Shown: one piece after another, positions 22,431-35,028 of the stretch
How the letters are laid out: each line of letters begins with the position of its first letter
How positions within the stretch are numbered: the stretch's first letter is position 1
From: Hemiscyllium ocellatum
Taxonomy: Eukaryota
Direction of reading: 5' to 3'
DNA: 64,000 nt
NCBI RefSeq assembly: GCF_020745735.1
Contig: NC_083427.1
Span: 2,945,438-3,009,437, forward strand
The notes under the pieces: generated by a model
What the model saw: the letters and a program-made list of their open reading frames with translations, nothing else
What the model was told of the DNA's origin: nothing
The model's database searches: none
Position numbers and translations under genes: made by a program

Positions 22431-22923
22431 AAAGGCGATCTTTACCTTGTCAGGCCGACACATAACTCCAAACCCACAGCCAGTGTGGTTGATTCTTAAC
22501 TGCCCTCTGGGCAATTAGGTATGGGTAATAAATGCTGGCCTGGCCAGTGATACCCACATCATGTGAATGAATTAAAGAAAACAAAATAGCACATTATTGC
22601 AGGTGAATAGTTTGCTGTTAATTGACTCTTGTTTTTCCCCCAATTTTAAAATTGGAAGTGAAACCAGTCATTGTACAACACTAGAGTGGATCACTGTTAG
22701 TTCAAAATCTCCTGATTGGTTATGGACTTATAATTTGCAGTGCCTCTTGAGAGGTTCAAGTCTTTTGGATGCTGTTACTGTCCAGAATTTGATTTGGGCC
22801 AAGTTCAAATGAACAAAGCTGGTTGCATAGCATGAATGACAAAGGTTGTGTGTAATTGACTGATAAGGCTACGTTTGGAAAGCAGAGACTGAAACCCCGG
22901 CTACCAGTGGGCTTTCTAAACAG

Positions 22924-23145
22924 AGGCATGGCTCAGTTGGCTGAACGGCTGGTTTGCGATGCACAGTGACATGAACAGCGTGGGTTCAATTCTTGCACCT
23001 GCTGAGGGTATCGTGAAGGATCCTCCCTCTCCACCCATCCCCTCACTTGAGGTGTGGTGACCTACAGTTTAAAATGCCACCAGTTGTGTCTCTCCAGTGA
23101 GAGAGCAGCCCTGTGGTCTTCGAAGTTGATAGCGACTTTACCTTT
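22924..23145 (+). mobile_element. tRNA-derived SINE, second family (copies 38957-39177 +; 29310-29460 and 45360-45510 -)
   Basis: A box ggctcagttggc, B box gggttcaattc, body gtctctccagtgagagagcagccctgtggtc. Confidence 0.7.
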
Positions 23146-25939
23146 CAGTATCGTAGACAGGGAAAACCTAGGAGAAAGGATGCCCAGGTAGAGCATTAGA
23201 GAGCTGACTGAGGCTAAAATATTAAAAGTAGAGCCTTGAAGCTGCTTGTGTCAGTGAGTATAGGGACATCAGGGAAATGATTGAAAACAGCATGTAACGG
23301 CCTTGTGATAAGAGGAAAGCAAAGCAACGATGAACACACAGAATATCATGTGATTCGGTGAGGCGATCATTGCTCACTTGAACTGTGACTGGCCACCTGA
23401 AGACCCCCTCAAGCAAAAGCCAATGTGACAAATCAGAGTCAGAAAATAAAGATCCAATGAGAGAACAAGCATGAAGGGGAAAGATTGAGACTGTGAAAGC
23501 TCCAAGAAAAAACCCTTGTGTCTCTCCTGTCCCATTGTCGATGTGAATAATGTACTCCACATTAAATTGTAAATTGCTGCACTTGTTTGTCACTATAGAT
23601 TACTCGAAAGCAGATGAATCTGTCGTGAATTTGTCTCAATAAAGTAGATTTCTAATTAACTCTGTTTCCGATTCTCCTCTTGCCTGCAAAGTTGAGACAC
23701 CCCATCCCAAAGAAAGAGAATCAGAGCTGAATATCAGTCCAGACTGGGAGCTATTGGGTGGGTAAGTGGTTGAAGGAATGTTCAGTGGATAGGGAGAGTG
23801 TTGTCGTCAATTTCGGGAAGGAGTCCTACCTGAAGCAGTGACTAGCAATTTCTCATTTTCAAATGTTAATTGACCTGCAATTTATTTCCCCTTTTCCTTA
23901 CTTTTAAATTGGGGCGATTACCCACTAATCAGGAAACAGCACGATGTCCTTCCATCTCATTATAGGAAATCCTGGTGACTGGACAGTGCTGGGCTGTGAG
24001 TGGAGCATGCTCAGTGTGGGACATGTTGGAGTCAGTTGAGGAATGAGAAGTGCAAGCACGAGTTCCAGATTTTCGCAGTGTTACCACGCGGATGATGACC
24101 ATTCGGTCCGTTGTACCTTCATCTGCTGTCCAGGTGAGCTTTCACTTAGTGCCTTTCTCCTTCTTTCTACCTGTACCTTTTTAAGGTAATAATGCCTTGA
24201 TTGAAAGTGCATTCCAGATATTAAACATGAAGAATCGATTCCTCATGTCCCATCTTCACTTCGAGGATACCCTCCAGCGTGTGGTGCGGCACAGTCGCTG
24301 TGCTAACACTTGGAGCTGATCAAGGAACAGTTGCAGGCACTGGATTCTGCACAAGCTTTAGGCCGTGAAACCATTCTGGCAATGGTGCTGAAGACTCATG
24401 CTCCAGTTCTTGTGTGTTCCTAGCCAAGCTGCTCAAGTACAGGAACACACTGGCATCTACCCTACATTGTGGAAGATTATCCAGAAATGTCCTGTGCAGA
24501 AAACACAGGACAAATCCAACTCAACCAATTGCTGTCCTATCAATCTACTTTTGATCATCAGTAAAGTGATGGGAGATATCAATGACGGTGTGGTGGAGTA
24601 GCATTAGCTTAGGAATAGCCTGTTCACCGAGTCCAGTTTGGGTTTCGCCAGGGCCACTCAGATCCTGATCTCATTACAGCCTAAATTCAAACCTGCTCAA
24701 AAGAGCTGAAAAAAAATCCTCATTACCATTCAGTCTAGAATTCTCTCTGTTACTACTTCCAAAAAAACACCATGGTATTTGCAAACCTCAACAATATGCA
24801 ACACCTGATTTTAAAGTTGCAAACTTTCTTGATCCTCCAGTTATAGCAGTCTAATCTTCATTTGAGTGTCTCGTATAAAAAGTGAAAAACTAAAGTCTAT
24901 TGAACCCACCCTTAAAGAGAAAGAAGCAGTTTTTGAAATGTTTCATTTCCAGAAAACATATGCAAATAACACAAAAAATTACATTTACTCGCCCTCTTTT
25001 ATTCTTTATAGAGGATTGCAATAACTACTTGTTTACTTTCCAAAATCTTAAGCTATTTCAGTTCAACCCGTGTAGTGGATAATGCTTCAGCTATTGAATT
25101 ATCGTCTCCAGCAATGCAAACAATTTTTACATTGAATGGTAGATTACACTCCCAACTGAATGGTCTTGCATTTCATGTTGGTGAAAGTGAGGACTGCAGA
25201 TGATTGCATTTCATGTGTTGAGTTTCTCTGCAAACCATCAGCAGGTTATGATCAGTATATATGTGTTTCTTTGCAATTTAAAAATATTGGGGGGACCAGA
25301 AATGATCTGAAATTTCATCCCTACCACCAAAAAAAATTCTTCTGATATTAGTTTAATTTCTTAGAAAAGTAATCGACTGGCTTCTCTCTTCTGCTGATTC
25401 ATCATCACTGCAACTATTCCCTAGTCACTAGTATGAATTGCAATTTCAAATAATTTTGTAAAGTCAGGGGCAGTTAACAGTGAGTCATTTCTTAAGATTC
25501 CTTTCAGTTTGTCAAGACCTGTTTGGCACTGTGTTCCCATACAGCCTTGACCTGTTTCCCTAACAAATATGTGAAAATATTATGTTGAAGTAAGCCATGA
25601 ATTTACAATAAAACCCAACACATTTCAAAAAATGTAATAATCTCTTAGTTTTAGGAATAAAAAATTCTGAGAGCCTTCATTTTTGTTCTTGGCAATATTT
25701 GCCCTTGCCCTGCAAAATGCCCTTGGTAAAATAACATCAGTTTTGCAAATTCATTTTTAGTGAGATTTATTACAAGCCAGCTAAATGGCCTAAATAGGTC
25801 TTCTAGTTGCATTCTATGTTCATCTCAGACAAAAGAGTTTGGCACTTTATCTACAACTTGATTCATAAGTCTTTGGAACACAGCTGAAATATTTTTAAAC
25901 GGAAATGGCGTCAGTCAAAATGGATGTAGTCCATTTAGT

Positions 25940-27455
25940 GTCATAGAGTTGCACAGCATAGAAACAGTTCAACTTGTGTACGCCGACCAGATATCCTAAA
26001 TTAATCTAGTCTGATTTGCCAGCATTTGGCCCAAATCCCTCTAACCCTTTGTATTCATACACCTATCCAGATGCCTTTTTAAATGTTGTTATTGTACCAG
26101 CCTCCACCACTTCCGCTGGCAGCTCATTCCATACACATACCACCCTCTGCATGAAAAGGTTGTCCCTTTGGTTCCTTTTAAAATTCTCTCCTCTCACCTT
26201 AAACCCATGTCCTCTAATTTTGAACTCCCCTAATCTTGGGAAAAGATCTTGGCTGTTCACCCTATACATGCCCCCCACCAACCCACCCTCCATTCCCGGC
26301 ACTTTCACTTGCCACTACAAGAGATGTAAAGCCTGCATCGATACCTCCCCCCTCACCTCCATCCAAAGCCACAAAGGATCCTTCCACATCCGGCAGGGAT
26401 TTTCCTGTACTTCCACACACGTCATCCACTGTGTCCATTACTCCCAATGTGATCTCGGAGAACATTTCTGGGACCCATGCACTAAACAAACCCACTGCCC
26501 TATGACTGAACACTCCATTCCCCCTCCCACCCTGCTAAGGACCAGTGAGTCCTGGACCACCTCCACCGCCAGATGGTTGTAACCGATGCCTGGAGGAAGA
26601 ATGCCTTATCTTCCACCTTGGGACCCTCCAACCACACAGGATCGATGTTGAGCAGTTTACTGATCTCCCTTCGCCGGCCCCCCCCCCCCCCCTTATCCAG
26701 ATCCAACCCTCCAATGTGGCACTGTCCTACCTGTCCACCTTCCTTCCCACCCATCAGTTCCACCCTCCACTCTGACCTAACTCCATCACCCCCGAATTTT
26801 ATCTACCTCACGCATTACAAGCTACCTTGCCCCCACCTCCCATTTATCTCTCAGCCTCCATGGGCCTCCCCCCACTTTGCTGATGAAGAGCTTATGTACA
26901 AACCGTCAATTCTCCTGCTCCTCGAATGCTGCCTGACCGGCTGTGCTTTCTCAGCACCACACTTGTTGACTCTAATCTCCAGCATCTGCAGTCCTCACTT
27001 TCTCCTTTTCACCCTATCCATGCCCTTCACGATGTTATAAACCTTTATAAGGCCACCCCTGAGCTTCTGGTGCTCCTGGGAAAATAGCCCCAGCCTATTC
27101 TGTCTGTGCCTTTCGCGCAAACTGTCCAACCCTGGCAACATCCTTGTCTGTCTTTTCTGAGTCCGTTCAAGTTTCACAACATCTTTCCTATAGCAGGGAG
27201 ACAGAATTGCATGCAGTGTTCCAAAAGTGGTCTAACCAATGCCCTGCACAGCTGCAACATAACCTTACAACTCCTATACTCTCTGCACTGACCAATAAAG
27301 TCAAGCGAATCAAATGCCTTCTACCTACCTGTGACTCCACTTTCAAGGAACAATGAATTTGCACTCCAAGGTCTCTCTATTCAGCAACATTTCCCAGGAC
27401 CTGACCATTCAGTGTATAAGTCCTGGCCTGACTTTCCATTCCAAAAGACAGCATG
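25940..27455 (-). mobile_element. CR1 3' end split by a Penelope insertion (duplicate at ~41980-43500)
   Basis: ORF 26063-26308 (FPRLGEFKIRGHGFKVRG) and ORF 26995-27177 (NRLGLFSQEHQKLRGGLI) are adjacent parts of one CR1. Confidence 0.85.
26274..27007 (+). mobile_element. Penelope-like element 3' fragment (Cys-rich linker plus GIY-YIG remnant), 18-bp TSD
   Basis: PGTFTCHYKRCKAC...SFHIRQGFSCTSTHVIHC. TSD TTCACCCTAT(A/C)CATGCCC at 26256-26273 and 27008-27025. Degenerate hammerhead at 26880. Confidence 0.8.
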
Positions 27456-27479
27456 AAAGGCTGATATTATCTTAGCTTG

Positions 27480-28010
27480 CTGGTACCCATTTAATCGAAA
27501 AAGTTAGAAAGACATGAAGCACTGCTAAACATATCAATAAGGCCAAAGAATTTGGTGTGAATTTGCTCAGGTTAATATATTTACTTTTCTGGAATCGATG
27601 CAGAATCCAGTTTAGGAATTAACACCACCAGTGAACGTCAATTGCTTTTATTATCGTCAATCAGATGATTTTCTCGCATGCATTAAATCTCCATTTCCAT
27701 CTGAGCTTTTTTCTTTGGTCTTAATGTCCAGATCTTCATGTTGTCCTTCTTTTAACTATGAAAGTGTGCGATCCAACGGTCCCATTTTTTTTCCAGCATT
27801 GCCCAGGCAAGTAGTAGATGGTTCACTTTGTGAACTTTCTATCTCTTCTTCTACTTCACTTTTACTGTCATTGTTATCCTCCACTATTATTACCATCTGA
27901 AATACTTGCCTGTCTTATCTCCATCTCGATGATGATATCGTTTTAACATGTTCAAATGCATAACCGATCCTTCTTTCTGCGATCCAGATAAGTCATGATA
28001 TAAGAAGAAA
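27480..28010 (-). mobile_element. Possible Gypsy (Gmr1-like) internal remnant (duplicate at ~43530-44060)
   Basis: Minus-strand translation VMHLNMLKRYH resembles the Gypsy integrase C-terminal HVNMLK.Y motif and is followed by an acidic linker. Many stops. Confidence 0.4.
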
Positions 28011-28866
28011 ACCACCCTGACCTATTCATGCCTATCGGTGACTCCAGACCACAGCAATGCAATTGATTCTGGATGGACATTAAATGCTGGCCTCACCAGA
28101 TCCAATGAACAAATAAAAGAACACCTGAAAAGTTAAACTGTACACTTCAATTAAAATGTGAATTAATGTCAACTACAAACAAAAATTGATTTGTACCCAC
28201 CAATTGCAAGCACTCAGTTTTTTAATGTTTTCTCCTTATTAATCTTTTAGTGATTCTGTCAATTATATCCCGCCGAGTCCTGTGATCTGACACCGATTTC
28301 TGCAATTAGTTTGCTCTGGTACTATGTTTAACCTATTTCTTAGTTAAGCACAAATGGTAGGTCATCCGTTTGTATTTTTTCATCAAAGCAATATTTCTTA
28401 TGAAATATCTCCTTACATGTCTATAACTAACACCTTTATTGGTCTATTTGTTAACTTAATTTACCAGTTCATGTTAGCTAGCTGTTTTCACACCGTTCAC
28501 AATTGCCTTATTTAATTTTAAAATACTAGTCTTAGACTAATCTCTCTCTCTAACTCTACGTAAAATTCAATCACATCATTTCACTGCTGTCTGGAATGCT
28601 TTCTGCAAGATCATTAATTAATCCTGTCTCATAGCAATTAAAAGATCGATGCCACCAGAATATGTTATTTTAAGCATTATTTGGAAAAAATGTACTCGTC
28701 TGCTGAGATATCATTGTCCTTCTGAAATCTCCAGCCCACATTAGGATGGTTATACCTCCTGATTATAGCCAGTCACTGGACTTGTAATGTTAACTCTGCT
28801 TTCTCTCCACAGATACTGCCAGGCCCACAGGGTTTTTCCAGAAATTTCTGCTTTTGTTTGGTTTCT

Positions 28867-29075
28867 AAAATCGACAGGCAGGAGGCTGGAAGACACAGCA
28901 AGCCAAGTAGCATCAGGAGGTGGAGAAGTCAGGTTCTGAAGATGGGTTACACCCGAAATGTCGACTTCTCCAACTCCAGATGCTGCCTGGCTTGCTGTGT
29001 TGTTCCAGCCTCCTGCCTGTCTATTTTGGATTCCAGCGTCTGCAGTTCTTTTTTGTCTCTAACTTTGATTTCCTG
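28867..29075. mobile_element. Fold-back hammerhead-bearing short element (duplicate at 44918-45125)
   Basis: Arms at 28867-28930 and 28963-29027. Core CTGAAGA-TGGGTTACACCC-GAAA-TGTC^GACTT at 28936-28967. Confidence 0.8.
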
Positions 29076-29479
29076 AATTCAAAGTTCTTGGTTTTATATT
29101 ATCCCACTATTTCTTCATTTTCACTCAACCCTACTGTATGGTTCCTGTCAAGGGTAGAGTGCACCATTATCACGTGACATTTTGCCCATATCATTTCTAT
29201 ACTCTGGACTACATAGGTCATCTCTCTCAATTACCACAAAGGAAAAGGTCCAGTTCTCTGCTGGGATTTGATAAATTTGGTTTCCAAATGGTTTCAGTCC
29301 ATGAGGTAAAATAGCCATGGTCCTACCAGACCAGAGGACTACTCCCTCATTAGAAAAACCACTAGTTGTGGTTTAACCTGAGGGTCAGCATGCCTCAGGA
29401 GAGGGGGCAGGTTGAGAAGGACAATCCTTGAGACGTACGGGAATTGAACATACAACCAACAGAGTTAACCTGCCACTGA

Positions 29480-30130
29480 GTCGATGAGAGGATCCAGGCT
29501 CAGCCTCCCCCTTCATTGACTCCCATTGGTTGGAGGTCCAGCCTTTTTCAGGCAGGAATTCTAGTCCCGCCCCGGATTGACCCCCATTAGTTGGCGGACC
29601 AATCTCGGTGGGTCGGTCTTCCAGTCCCGCCCCTCATTAGCACCCAATGGTTGGTGGGTTATCCACTTGGATCGACTTTTGCCACGCACCCTCGTTGACC
29701 GCGATTGGTTGGACACCAGCCATTTGCGGGTTGGTCCTCCATTCCTTCTCCACCCCCCCCCCCCCCCCACTCAGTGACGTTCACTGCTTGGATCCAGACC
29801 CGCTCCCCCAGGTCTGATTGGCGCGGGGCAGCCGTCAATCAGTCGGCGGTTGCGGACTGCGGAATCCGCAGTGCGGTTGTGGTCTGGGGACTGCGCAGTG
29901 CGTATTCCGCAGTGCGGTTGTAGAGCTGTGTCGGGACCGTGAGTTTGAATGCCGGAGCACTTCAGAGACGGGCTCGGTGAGTGGGGCGGGAAGGGAGCGA
30001 AGGAAGCGGCGGTGCGTGTCCGGTGAGATGACTCCAAACGGCACGACGTGGCTTCAAACCCCCGAGTAACCAGCTCCCGTGTCGCTCCGCAGCGGACGGA
30101 GGGCCCCGGTTAACCGCCGCCATTTCCGTG
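29480..30130 (+). promoter_or_regulatory. CpG-island promoter / first exon upstream of ZNF gene 2
   Basis: CpG-rich, with GC and CCAAT boxes, YY1-like CCGCCATTT at 30117-30125, and donors |GTGAGT at 29938/29939 and 29976/29977. Confidence 0.75.
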
Positions 30131-30270
30131 GTTAAACATCACACCACAACCAGGTGATAGTGCAACAGGTTTAATTGGAAGCACTAGCTTTCGGAGCGAC
30201 GCTCCTTCATCGGGTGATAGTGGAGGGCTCAATCGTAACAGAATTTATAGCAAAATTTTACAATGTGATT
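30130..30270 (-). mobile_element. Penelope-terminus fragment with mutated hammerhead
   Basis: Reverse complement CAC-CCGATGA-AGGAGCGTCGCTCC-GAAA-GCTA-GTG (U4 changed to C). Same family as 10596-10997. Confidence 0.75.
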
Positions 30271-31064
30271 GTGAGAAACAAAGCTCACTCACCAATAATT
30301 TCAGTCCCAGACAAGATCTGAATCAGAAGTGTCATTGATTTCACATTTGCAAGTGGGTGTGATGTCCACTGTCCACAAGGCAGGGACAAAACACACCGAA
30401 ATTCAACGAATACTCGATATTTATATAATTTGATTTCTATTTTTTTAATCTCATTGCGCCTCCCCTGTTTACATCTTCTACTTCCCGAAGACCGTCACCC
30501 ATTACTCCTGTTTATCTCTTGCTTATCTGGCCTTGTCTGTGACAAAATGCTTATTTCTGGCCTCACAAGGCCGTTTGACCTCATCCTGCGGTGGGTTATT
30601 GTTAGGCATATTCTTGCCTGACCATTATCTACTCCCTCCATCTGTTCCTTTCTTCACAGCATCTTATCATTAAGACCCTTTTAATTGGGGTTTGTTCCTG
30701 TGTTTCTGTAAAAGTGGGAAACAGATGTTTATACCTACTTGGTTGTAGAGGCATATCTAGCTTAACTGCCTCTCCTCACAGCATCTTATCTAGTCGTCTG
30801 TATTGCTACCATTGTTTTGCAGTCCCGTTTCTTTCTTGCATACATTTTTAGTTAATACAAAAAACAATTATGTATTTCCTCCACATAGTTTTCATTCTTG
30901 TTGACTCAGCTCTTGGCTGAAACAATTACACACTGGTGTGAGTTCATTTACTTTGTATCAGTAATTATAATTGCTGAAGTAACGTTACATCACTGTGGGA
31001 TATAGGTAGAGTAACTGAAATTATACATTGAAAAATCGGTTGTCTGTTGCCTTTTGTCTTCAAA

Positions 31065-31928
31065 TTTGTGAGAAGATTTGTAGCTCGGGTGCTCGTTGTT
31101 GTAGTTCTGTTCGCCGAGCTGGGAATTTGTGTTGCAGATGTTTCGTCCCCGTCTAGGTGACATCCTCAGTGCTTGGGAGCTGCCTGTGAAGCACTTCTGT
31201 GATCTTTCCCCCTGCATTTGTAGTGATTTGAAACTGCTGCTTCCGGTTGTCAGTTCCAGCTGTCTGCTTCAGTGGTCGGTATATTGGGTCCAGGTCGATG
31301 TGCTTATTGATTGAATCTGTGGATGAGTGTCATGCCTCTAGGAATTCCCTGGTTGTTCTCGGTTTGGCTTGTCTTATAATAGTAGTGTTGCCCCAGTCGA
31401 ATTCATGTCGCTTGTCATCTGCGTGTGTGGCTACTAAGGATAGCTGGTCGTGTCGTTTCGTGGCTAGTTGGTGCTCATGGATGCGGACCGTTAGCTGTCA
31501 ATCTGTTTGCCCTATGTAGTGTTTTGTGCAGTCCTTGCATGGGATTTTGACGTTACATTGGTTTTTCTCATGCTGGGTATCAGGTCCTTTGCTCTGGTGA
31601 GTTGTTGTCTGAGGGTGGCTGTTGGTTTGTGTGCTGTTATGAGTCCTAGTGGTCGCAGCAGTCTGGCTGTCAGTTCGGAAATGCTCTTGATGTATGGTAG
31701 TGTTGCTAGTCCTTTGGGTTGCGGCATGTCCTCGTTCTGTTGTCTTTCCCTTAGGCGTCTGCTGATGAAATTGCGGGGGTATCCGTTTTTGGCGAATACA
31801 TTGTATAGGTGTTCTTCTTCCTCTTTTTGTAGTTCTGGTGTTCTGCAGTGTGTTGTGGGCTTTTTGAACAGTGTCTTGATGCAACTTCTTTTGTTTCATA
31901 GAACAGGCGATCACCATAGGACAGAAGA
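31065..31928 (-). mobile_element. Penelope-like retroelement 3' part (RT thumb, GIY-YIG endonuclease, hammerhead)
   Basis: ORF 31512-31727 (LATLPYIKSISELTARLLRPLG) and KIPCKDCTKHYIGQT. Hammerhead at 31134-31172 on the minus strand. Confidence 0.9.
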
Positions 31929-34257
31929 GGAATGGGTCTGGGTGGGTTGCGCTTTGGCTGATCAGTATGGACTTGTTGGGCTGAACGGCCTGTTCCCACA
32001 CTGTAATTAAGTAAGTAATCTAATCAAAAATGCCTTCCAGGAATTCAGATGTATTATTTCCACTTTGCTTGTTACATCTTTGAAGAAATCTAGCAAATTA
32101 ATCAAACATAATTTGCCCTTCATAAACCGTGCTGATTCTAATGGAAAGTATTTTGACTTTCCAAATGTCCTGATATTACTTCCTTGATAACTGATTCTAA
32201 CACTTTCCCAACAACAGATGTTAAATTAACTGGTCCGCAACTTCCCACATGTTGTCTGCTTCCCTTTTTGAATAAGAGTGTTATATTAGCGTTTTTCCTA
32301 TCCACTGGAACCTTTCCCGTGTCCAGGAAATTTCGGAATACTGTAACCAATGGATCCACGATCTCCACCGTGTCTTCCTTTAATCCCTTGGGATATAGTC
32401 CATCAGACCCGGGGGATTTGTCTGCCCTCAATCCTAACAGTTTGCTGAGTATCTTTTCCCTATCGGCGTTGATTGTTCCCTTTCTGTTGTTTTTGATTTG
32501 CCCATTCCAACAGAAATGGCACTATTGTCCTCCTCCATAAAAACTGAAGCAAGGTATTGATTTAACATCTCTGCCATTGCAGTATTCGCCATGATTAATT
32601 CTCTGGTTTCATCTTCCAAGGGACCAACATTCACCTTGGGGACTCTCTTGCCTTTTTTATACCTATAGAAGCTTTTGCTATCCTTTTTTGGTGTTTTGTG
32701 CTAGTTTTCTTTTGTAATTTACGTAAACATATTTTTATTAATTTTTTACTATCCCTTTGTTTATGTTTGAACTTTTCCCAATCTTCCAGCCTATTACTGG
32801 CCTTTGCAATGTGGTATTCCCTAGTTTTTGACTTTATATTGTTCTTGATCACCTTGTTTGGCCTTGAATTCTTTTATCACCTTGCCATCTTTCTTCCTTA
32901 TTGGGATGTAATTTAAATGTGAGGAATTGAGTAGCTCCTTAAAAAATCTGCCACTGAGCATGCACAGTCTTACCTTTTAGCCTTCCTGCCAAATCTTTGG
33001 GCCAATCTGTCCTCATACCTATGTAATTTCCTTTGTTTATTTCCAGAACGTTACTGAGGGACTCCACGTCCTCACCCCCCAAACTGAATTTTGAATTCTG
33101 TCGTACTATGGTCACTAGTCCCTAGAGGATCCTTAACTATAATGTCACCAATTAATCTCTCCTCCTTCCACGATACCAAATCCAGAGTAGCCTGCTCCTT
33201 GGTTGGTTCCACAACATGCTGCTCCTAGAAACAATCTCCAAAGCAATCAGGGAACTCTGCCTCCAGTCTTTGTGCATAATTATTGCTGTACCTTTCTTGT
33301 AAGCCTCTAATATTTCCTGGTTTATACTGTGCCCCACTGTGGAACCAGTATTTGGGGATCTATAGATTACTCATACCAAATTTGTTGGTTTGTGCACATC
33401 CAAATGCTCTGGGTTAGCGAGTGGGATGATATTGCACCCCAATAATTGTGTCACAACATGGCATTACTTCATGGCCATTTCCTGACTTGTGGGATTTATG
33501 GAATTAAGGAAAAAAAAGATTACTACTTAAAGTGTAAATGACTGCAGAAACCTGAGGAAGAAAGATGCTCTACTGCATGAATCACATGAAGTAGTATATC
33601 ACATGAGTACTAATGGGATGAAATCCTTTACTTTGAGTGGAATTGAATTTAAACGTAAGGAACTTATACTTTGGGTATACAGGGCATTGTTGAGACCACT
33701 GTGTGAATAGCCTGCGCTGTTTTGGTCTCCTTATTTTGGCAAAGATGTAAATTTGAAGAACGTGATTCAATGGACGTTTACTAGATTGAAAGCTAAACTA
33801 AGAGACTTATGAGCATAGTTTGGACAGTTTAGGCTTGTTGTTGCTGCACTTTAGAAGATTGAAGGGTGATTTTATTGAAGTGTAAAAAGCACTGAATGAT
33901 CTTGACAAATGTGGATGCGGAAAAGATGTTTCCTCTTGCAGGTTGGTCAAGCATAAGCAGACACTGTTTAAAAATAAGGGGTCCACCTTTGTAGGACAGA
34001 GGAGAATACTTTTTCTGAGGCTTGTACAACTTTGCAAACTCTGAAAGGCAGTGGAAGCAGGGTGATTGAGTATTTTGAAGATAAAGGTGGCTAGTTTCAT
34101 GCCAGGCAAGGTAATCAATGATTACCAGTGATAGATGGGAATGTACAATTTAAAACAACAGATCAAAAGTGATCTCATTGAGCAGTGGAGCAGGTTTAAG
34201 GGGGTGAATGGTTTGTTTTGTAGTTCATTTGACTCTGGTCCTTACGTTCCTTTCCAG

Positions 34258-34309
34258 CCTCGGCCTCCAGTTAGAAATGTTAAAGCTGAAAGCGAGAATT
34301 GTTACAGAG
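34258..34309 (+). other. Candidate 52-nt exon of ZNF gene 2
   Basis: Identical to 19547-19598 with intact AG/GT sites. Confidence 0.55.
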
Positions 34310-35028
34310 GTGAGTACTTTTACCCAGTCAATTTAGAACCTTTGATGCTATGCTCTGTTATCTGTGAGAAGTTTCATATCTCTGGGGATGGTGTTGCTGC
34401 TTTTACTGTGGATCCGAAACCAAGCCTGTCCATTGCTCTGTTTCATCCCTGCCCTCCCTGATCACCTCTCTATACATTTGAACTTTCTCTGTCTTGAATA
34501 GTAGGCATTTTTATCTCTGTTTAGTAATTCACTGTTCTTCCAACTCTATCTAGATGAGGTTATACATGGAGGAGGGGTGGGAATTTACAGTTTTGGGGAA
34601 ATCAATCAAGGAAAGATTGTTCCATAAAAACTAGAATTGTCTGTTCTGAATTTCTATCCTGGACAGACAGTGATGGCTTTTGTAAACTGGTTTAACAGGG
34701 GGTAACAAAGAGAGGAGTTATAGACAGGAAAATCAAAGCATTCGTCATTTCACAATCTGACCGATTCAATCAATTCATCAGGATCTGAATGTCATTGGCT
34801 TTTGAATTTGGAAGGAGAACATTTTCCAAGAATCGTGTCCGAGAAAGCACTGAGAGAAACCCACCCAGGTGAGAGTGTTCCAGTGGACTAACTGTGGCAA
34901 GAGCTTTAACCCTGACAAATAAACAAAATCACAACGTTCTTATCCAGGAGAAACTCTGCACGTGTTGTCTGTGTGGGTGAGGAATCCACTGATAATCCAG
35001 CCTGGAGCCAGACAAGGACACATGCGCC

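Larger units (their letters stand above)
14682..29887 (+). repeat. Segmental duplication, copy 1 (partner 31929-45752)
   Basis: Colinear high identity across CR1, exons, ZNF ORF, spacer and promoter, with copy-specific indels. Confidence 0.95.

Noticed and set aside
23200-23645. Possible decayed coding exon ending near AATAAA (duplicate at ~39230-39675)
   Set aside because: Multiple stops in every frame and no recognisable motif; cannot be supported without a search.
31498-32010. 167-aa ORFs on both strands as host genes
   Set aside because: They are off-frame or antisense readings of the Penelope fragment fused to a SINE tail.
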